DNA of 64,000 nucleotides from Planctomycetota bacterium (GTDB lineage: Bacteria; Planctomycetota; B15-G4): contig JBBQUR010000004.1 of the NCBI GenBank assembly GCA_038212275.1, positions 128,001 to 192,000 of the forward strand, in the 5' to 3' direction. Under the pieces are notes generated by a model that did no database searches, had not been told where the DNA came from, and saw only the letters and a program-made list of their open reading frames with translations. This document shows, in pieces, positions 58,562 through 64,000 of this stretch (position 1 is its first letter; each line of letters opens with the position of its first letter). The translations under genes and the position numbers were made by a program.

Positions 58562-59512
58562 TCAGCCGCGCGGATGAAAACGCTGGTGCACGGCGGCGAG
58601 GCGCTGGCGGTCCACGTGCGTGTAGATCTCGGTGGTGCCGATGTTCGCGTGGCCGAGCAGCTCCTGCACGGAGCGCAGATCGGCGCCGTGCTCGATGAGG
58701 TGCGTCGCGAAGGAGTGCCGCAGCATGTGCGGCGACATGCGCGGAAGGCCCAGTCGCGCCGCATGCGCCGACACGAGCCGGAAGATGCGATCGCGCGAGA
58801 GCCTCCCTCCGGAGCGCGAGAGGAAGAGCCATGCCGCGCCGGGTGCCCGCGCCTGCAGCGCCGGCCGCTCGCGCTGCAGGTAGAGCGACAGCGCGGCCTG
58901 AGCGGGGCGGCCCAGCGGCACGAGGCGATGCTTGCCCCGCTTGCCTTCGCAGCGCAGCACGTGGCCGTCGTCCACGAGGCTGTCCGTGCGCAGGTCGGCG
59001 ACCTCCGAGACGCGCGCTCCGGTGGCGTAGAGGACCTCGAGCAGCGCGCGGTCACGCAGCCCGTGGGCCGCCTCCGGATCCGGCGCCGCAAGGAGCCGCA
59101 GCACCTGCGCTTCGTCGAGCAGACGCGGCAGGTGACGGCTCGCGCGGGGCGTGGGGAGTTCGGCGCAGGGGTCGTGCGTCAGGCGGCGTTCCGAGATGAG
59201 GAAGCCGAACAATCCGCGCAGCGCCGCGAGCCGCCGGGCGATCGTCGCGGGCGCGCGGCCCGACTCCTGCTCCTCACGAAGAAAGGCGATGACCTCGGCC
59301 GTCTGCACCGACTCGGCCGTGAGCGCATGCCGCCCGCACCAGTCGCCGAAGCGCCGCAGGTCGCGGCCGTAGGCGGCCAGCGTGTGTGGCGACGCCGCCG
59401 CCTCGGTGCGCAGTTGCGCGAGGAAGGCTCGCGACTCGGCCTCCAGCGCGTTTCCTGTTGACTCCGGAGGGCCGTGCGCTATCTTCCGGCGCTCTTTGCG
59501 GTGGCTCGGCAT
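58562..59512 (-). CDS. xerD: Site-specific tyrosine recombinase XerD-like
   Basis: [71 protein letters not shown]. Confidence 0.88.
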   Translation of the reverse strand: MPSHRKERRKIAHGPPESTGNALEAESRAFLAQLRTEAAASPHTLAAYGRDLRRFGDWCGRHALTAESVQTAEVIAFLREEQESGRAPATIARRLAALRGLFGFLISERRLTHDPCAELPTPRASRHLPRLLDEAQVLRLLAAPDPEAAHGLRDRALLEVLYATGARVSEVADLRTDSLVDDGHVLRCEGKRGKHRLVPLGRPAQAALSLYLQRERPALQARAPGAAWLFLSRSGGRLSRDRIFRLVSAHAARLGLPRMSPHMLRHSFATHLIEHGADLRSVQELLGHANIGTTEIYTHVDRQRLAAVHQRFHPRG

Positions 59513-59650
59513 CTGCCTGCCATCGTAAGGAATGTCCTGCCAAGGGGTTAACCGGAATCATCGGCGCTCGTGGCAGGACCCGGCTTGGTTGAGACCGAGC
59601 TTGTGGCTGCCTGGTATGAGCACAGGTCCCCGCGTGGAAGCGTGAACCTC

Positions 59651-60658
59651 ATGGCAAAGAAGTCAGCGCAGAAGAAGCTCCCGACGAGCACCGTGGCCGC
59701 GCGGAAAGCCGCGCCGGCCGGAAGAGCGGCCGGCTCGTCACGCTCGAAGCCTGTCGCAGGCAGCAAGCCCGGCAAGGCAGCGGCCAAGCCGGTCGGTCAC
59801 CGCAAGGCGCCCGCACCCAAGTCGTCGTCCACCACGAAAACATCCCCGAAATCGTCCAAGGCGAAAGCACAGAACATGAGCACCAGGAAGCCGGGCACCG
59901 CGAAGGCAGATGCCGGCAAACAAGCCGCGCCGAAGAGCGCGCCGAAGAGCGCGCCGAAGTCGACAGCCGGCAAGGCAGCGGTCGGGTCGAAGACGTCGGC
60001 CGGAGGCAAGGCCCCGGCGGCCGCGGGCGCGGCGGGCGCCAAGGTCACGCCGGCGGGTCACGGCCAGGCGAACGGCGCCGTCGCGGCGCGGGGTTCGAAG
60101 TCGGCGGACGCCAGGACGCCGGCAGTGGCAGCGGGCAAGCCCGCTGCGGCGCCCTCCGGCAAGGCCGCCTCAGGCAAGCAAGGCGCTGCCAAGACCGGCA
60201 AGTCGGCTCGCGACGATGCGCGCTCGCCGGCCAACCTGGCGCGCGCTGCCATGCTGTCGGCCGAGAAGGCGCGCGAGGCAGCCAAGCCGAAGAAGAGCCC
60301 GTATCCCAAGGCGCAACTGGCGCCCATGCGCAAGGTGCTGCTCGAGTTGCGTACGCGCATCATCGGCGACATCAACCTCATGGAGAAGGAGGCGCTGCGC
60401 GCCGACGATGCCGATGTCGACGTCGAGAACGTCGCGGATCACGGCACCGATGCCTTCGAGCGCAACATGACGCTCGGACTCATGGAGGGCGAGGCGCGCA
60501 CGCTGCGGCTGATCGGCGAGGCGCTCGATGCGATCGAGGCCGGCCGCTACGGCCTGTGTTCCGCCTGCGGCGAGGCGATTCCGATCGCGCGCCTCGAGGC
60601 GCTGCCCTTCGCCGGCACCTGCATTCCCTGCCAGGAACAGCAGGAGCGCCGGATGTGA
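59651..60658 (+). CDS. dksA: TraR/DksA-family zinc-finger protein with long Lys/Ala-rich N-terminus
   Basis: C-terminal coiled coil with VADHGTD, ALDAIEAGRYGLCSACGEAIPIARLEALP...CIPC; ~210 aa basic low-complexity N-terminus. Confidence 0.8.
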   Translation: MAKKSAQKKLPTSTVAARKAAPAGRAAGSSRSKPVAGSKPGKAAAKPVGHRKAPAPKSSSTTKTSPKSSKAKAQNMSTRKPGTAKADAGKQAAPKSAPKSAPKSTAGKAAVGSKTSAGGKAPAAAGAAGAKVTPAGHGQANGAVAARGSKSADARTPAVAAGKPAAAPSGKAASGKQGAAKTGKSARDDARSPANLARAAMLSAEKAREAAKPKKSPYPKAQLAPMRKVLLELRTRIIGDINLMEKEALRADDADVDVENVADHGTDAFERNMTLGLMEGEARTLRLIGEALDAIEAGRYGLCSACGEAIPIARLEALPFAGTCIPCQEQQERRM

Positions 60659-60731
60659 GTCTGCCGGACGTGACTCCTGCGCCTTCGACTCCGGCGGTGC
60701 AGCGGTCCTGGCGGCAGACGTGACGACGGCG

Positions 60732-61244
60732 ATGCACGCACCCGAGGAGACGGCCGGTTTCCGCGGCAAGCAGCTGGCGCTCGTGCTGGCGATCCTGATC
60801 GTGGCGCTCGACCTGTGGTCCAAGTCCGCCGTCTTCGCCGCGCTCTCCGACAACGAGCATGTCTGGCTCGCCGGCACGTGGTTCGGATTCACACCGGTGC
60901 TCAATCCCGGCATCATGTGGGGCGCGCTGCCCCAGCTCTCTGCCATGCTGCCGTGGTTGCGCGTGCTCGCGGCGGTCGTCGTCCTGCTGATGTTGCGCGG
61001 GGCTCCGCGCCGCGGCTGGCGGCTGCAGATCGCGCTCGGCCTCGTGCTCGGCGGCGCCATCGGCAACATCTACGACGGCTTCACGGTGGGGCAGGTCCGC
61101 GATTTCCTGCTCGTGGACCTGGACTTCCGGCCCTTCGATCCCTTCCCGGTCTTCAACGTCGCCGACAGCGCCATCTGCGTGGGCGTCGGCCTGCTCGCGC
61201 TGGGCCTGCTGTTCGACGAACCCGCGGCGACCGAGCCGCGCTGA
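60732..61244 (+). CDS. lspA: Lipoprotein signal peptidase (signal peptidase II)
   Basis: LDLWSK, NPGIMWG, GGAIGNIYD, VRDFL, FPVFNVADSAI. Confidence 0.93.
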   Translation: MHAPEETAGFRGKQLALVLAILIVALDLWSKSAVFAALSDNEHVWLAGTWFGFTPVLNPGIMWGALPQLSAMLPWLRVLAAVVVLLMLRGAPRRGWRLQIALGLVLGGAIGNIYDGFTVGQVRDFLLVDLDFRPFDPFPVFNVADSAICVGVGLLALGLLFDEPAATEPR

Positions 61245-61291
61245 ACTTGCCCGCTTGGCTATGATGTCTCCGCTCCGGAGCGTCCTCATCC

Positions 61292-62254
61292 ATGTCACAC
61301 GTGCGATCACCCGTCACGCCGGCCGAATCCGCTGCCGACCTGATGGACCTCTCCGTCACGCTGGGCCCGCTGCGCCTCAAGAACCCGGTGATGACGGCGT
61401 CCGGCACGGCCGGCCTCGGGCTTGAGCTCGAGCCCTTTCTCGACCTCGCCGAGCCGGGCGCGGTGGTGGTCAAGACGCTCACGCGCAAGCCGCGTCGCGG
61501 CAATCCGATGCCGCGCCTGTGCGAAACGCCCTCGGGCCTGCTCAACAGCATCGGCCTGCCGAACAAGGGGCTCGATCATTTCATCGAGCACGTGCTGCCC
61601 AGGCTGCGAGGGCGCTGCAGCTGTCTCATCGTCAACATCGCCGGCACCTGCACGGGCGAGTTCGGCGAGATGGCCGCGCAGCTGGATCGCGCCGGCGGCG
61701 TGGATGCCCTCGAGCTGAACATCTCGTGTCCGAACGTCGAAGGCGGCGACCTGCCTTTCAGCCGCGATCCGGCCGTGGTGCACAAGCTGGTCAGCGACGT
61801 GCGTTCGGCCACCAGGCTGCCCGTCATCACCAAGCTCTCGCCCAATGTGTCGGACATCGCGGCCATCGCCCGCGCGGCCAAAGAGGGCGGCAGCGACGTG
61901 GTGTCGCTCATCAACACGCTCCTCGGCATGTCGGTGGACTGGCGCAGCGGGAAGCCCGGGCTCGGCACGACGGTGGGTGGACTGTCCGGACCCGCGGTGA
62001 AGCCCATCGCGCTGCGCATGGTCTGGGAGGTGTGTCGCAGCGTGAAGATTCCGGTGGTCGGCATCGGTGGCATCCGCGATGCCGACGACGCACTGGAGTT
62101 CCTGTGCGTCGGCGCCGGCGCGGTCCAGATCGGGACGAGCCACTACCGCACCCCGGACGTGATCCCGCGCGTGCTCGCCGCCATGCGCCAGCGACTGGCG
62201 GCCGCGGGCCGCTCCGACGTGCGCTCGATCATCGGCACCGTTCGGGCGGGATGA
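61292..62254 (+). CDS. pyrD: Dihydroorotate dehydrogenase, family 1 catalytic subunit
   Basis: LKNPVMTASGT, GNPMPR, LNSIGLPNKG, ELNISCPN, KLSPNV, GGLSGPAVKP. Confidence 0.94.
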   Translation: MSHVRSPVTPAESAADLMDLSVTLGPLRLKNPVMTASGTAGLGLELEPFLDLAEPGAVVVKTLTRKPRRGNPMPRLCETPSGLLNSIGLPNKGLDHFIEHVLPRLRGRCSCLIVNIAGTCTGEFGEMAAQLDRAGGVDALELNISCPNVEGGDLPFSRDPAVVHKLVSDVRSATRLPVITKLSPNVSDIAAIARAAKEGGSDVVSLINTLLGMSVDWRSGKPGLGTTVGGLSGPAVKPIALRMVWEVCRSVKIPVVGIGGIRDADDALEFLCVGAGAVQIGTSHYRTPDVIPRVLAAMRQRLAAAGRSDVRSIIGTVRAG

Positions 62255-62257
62255 TCC

Positions 62258-63109
62258 GTGCGCCTGGCGGACATGACGGTCGGGCTGCTTCGCCATGCCA
62301 TCAGGGTTTACGCGGAGGTCGCCTGGGCAGCCTCGACGATGCCGCCGGTCACGATCGACGGCGACGACAGCGACCCGCTGGAGCCGCGACTCGGCGCGCT
62401 CGTGGAGGCGGGCACTCTCGCCGACGAGACGCTGCGCACCGGCGACGTCGCGACGCGCATCTTCACGCTGCGCCTTGGCAATCCGCACTATCCGTTCATG
62501 AAGCTGGTGCTCCAGGAACACCTCGTCGAGGGGATGTTCTTCTTCAGCGTCGACACGCACGACCAGATGTTCGGCGGCGGGGAGGCCCAGGGGGCCGATC
62601 TGGATGAATTGCAGGAGCTGAAGCGCGCCAACCTCGCGCTCAAGGAAAAGATCGAACACGCCTGGGATGCCGCCGGGCTGCCCACGGCGGCGCACATCAA
62701 GGGCCTGGTCGAGACCTGGCCAACGCGGCCGGCGCCGCCCAACGGCCGTCACATCCTGCTGGTGGACAACGACTGCGACATCGCCGGCACGCTGGCGGTC
62801 CTGCTGCGGGCGCGCGGCTACGAAGTGACCGTGCTGGAGGATGGCAGCGATGCCGTGGAACGGGCCGACCCGGCCATCCACGACCTCATCCTCATGGACA
62901 ACGAGATGAAATATCTCGACGGCTGCCAGGCCTGCCGGGTGCTCAAGTCGCGCCCGGCCACCGCGAAGATTCCCGTGCTCATCGCCACGGCCGGAGCCCT
63001 GTCGTTGCAGCAGCTCGACACGGCGGACGGTTTCCTCGTCAAGCCCTTCCGGATGGAGCTGCTGTTCTCGATCCTGGATCACATGCTGGGAAGGGTGGAC
63101 AAGCTGTGA
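62258..63109 (+). CDS. Response regulator: unknown N-terminal domain + C-terminal receiver domain
   Basis: ILLVDND, DLILMD..M...DG, IPVLIATA, FLVKPF. Confidence 0.85.
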   Translation: MRLADMTVGLLRHAIRVYAEVAWAASTMPPVTIDGDDSDPLEPRLGALVEAGTLADETLRTGDVATRIFTLRLGNPHYPFMKLVLQEHLVEGMFFFSVDTHDQMFGGGEAQGADLDELQELKRANLALKEKIEHAWDAAGLPTAAHIKGLVETWPTRPAPPNGRHILLVDNDCDIAGTLAVLLRARGYEVTVLEDGSDAVERADPAIHDLILMDNEMKYLDGCQACRVLKSRPATAKIPVLIATAGALSLQQLDTADGFLVKPFRMELLFSILDHMLGRVDKL

Positions 63110-63171
63110 AAGAATCGCGCCCCCTCGCAGCCGCGCCTGCCGCGCGTAACCCCGCAGGAGAGTGTTGAGAC

Positions 63172-64000
63172 ATGGCCCTCGCCAAGGTGCTGAAAGCCGT
63201 TTTCGGTGATCGCAACGAGCGCGAGCTCAAGCTGTTGCGTCCTCGTGTCGCCGAAATCGGCGCGCTGGAGAGTCGTTTCCAGGCGCTCGACGAGGCCGGC
63301 CTGCGCGCAGTCACGGTGGAGCTTCGTGCGCGGCTCGCTGCCGGCGCCACGCTCGACGAGCTGCTGCCGGAGGCCTTTGCGGCGGCTCGCGAGGCCGCTC
63401 GCCGCGCGCTCGGCCAGCGCGCCTTCGACGTGCAGATGCTGGGCGGCATCGTGCTGCACGGCGGCAACATCGCCGAGATGGCAACGGGCGAGGGCAAGAC
63501 GCTCACGGCCGTCGCCCCGGCCTACCTGAACGCGCTGCCGGCGAAGGGCGTGTTCATCGTCACGGTGAACGACTACCTGGCCAAGCGCGACCGCGACTGG
63601 ATGGCTCCGGCCTACGAGGCCCTCGGCATGACCGTCGGCGCGATCCAGTCCAACATGTCGCCCCAGGAGCGGCTCGATCAGTACGCCTGCGACGTGACCT
63701 TCGGCACGAACAGCGAGTTCGGTTTCGACTACCTGCGCGACAACATGAAGTCACGCCGCGAAGATCAGGTCCAGAAGTACCTGCACTACGCGATCGTGGA
63801 CGAGGTCGACAGCATCCTCATCGACGAGGCGCGCACGCCGCTCATCATCTCGGGCATGCCCGAGGCCAGCACGCAGCGCTACTTCGAAGCCGACCGCGTC
63901 GCGAGCCAGCTGAAGGAAGACGTGCACTTCGAGGTCAAGGAGAAGGAGCACGTCTGCGTGCTCAACGAGGAGGGCATCGAGGAAGCCCAGAAGCTCGCCG
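63172..64000 (+). CDS. secA: Preprotein translocase subunit SecA (5' part, runs off the window)
   Basis: AGGAG RBS; MALAKVLKAVFGDRNERE, FDVQ..GG, EMATGEGKT, VTVNDYLA.RD, EFGFDYLRDNM, VDEVDSILIDEARTPLIISG. Confidence 0.97.
   Translation, partial: MALAKVLKAVFGDRNERELKLLRPRVAEIGALESRFQALDEAGLRAVTVELRARLAAGATLDELLPEAFAAAREAARRALGQRAFDVQMLGGIVLHGGNIAEMATGEGKTLTAVAPAYLNALPAKGVFIVTVNDYLAKRDRDWMAPAYEALGMTVGAIQSNMSPQERLDQYACDVTFGTNSEFGFDYLRDNMKSRREDQVQKYLHYAIVDEVDSILIDEARTPLIISGMPEASTQRYFEADRVASQLKEDVHFEVKEKEHVCVLNEEGIEEAQKLA

Noticed and set aside
58562..59512. Prophage or island integrase
   Set aside because: Housekeeping XerD motifs, core-gene neighbours, and no att repeats or phage genes.
61292..62254. 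pyrD without an adjacent pyrK
   Set aside because: pyrK may lie elsewhere in the genome; cannot be judged from one window.

Overview
High-GC (~70%) chromosomal segment, probably from a Planctomycetota-type bacterium (inferred from gene style and Cys-containing Ig-like modules; not provable from sequence alone). It is mostly core genome. Left half: tRNA-Ala(CGC), an RND pump (AcrB-like + MFP), moeA, lnt, a complete imuA-imuB-dnaE2 mutagenesis cassette, two very large paralogous secreted IPT/beta-propeller/Kelch proteins flanking a GT-C glycosyltransferase, and gatCAB. Right half: a STAS/SpoIIE partner-switching pair, pyrC, polA, an MFS transporter, asnS, epmA, uvrBC, xerD, dksA-like, lspA, pyrD, a response regulator and the 5' part of secA. 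No CRISPR array, transposase, prophage or recognisable defence system was seen. The best unannotated signals are: (i) a rod-shaped RNA with a central bubble resembling 6S RNA directly upstream of uvrB; (ii) the duplicated multidomain surface-protein/glycosyltransferase locus; (iii) a GTTA-N7-GTTA direct repeat over the imuA promoter; (iv) an apparently catalytically dead M48-peptidase homolog coupled to epmA; (v) a STAS-PilZ-like fusion; (vi) several short intergenic tandem repeats and leaderless-type promoters. All family calls are by eye from motifs; no searches were run.
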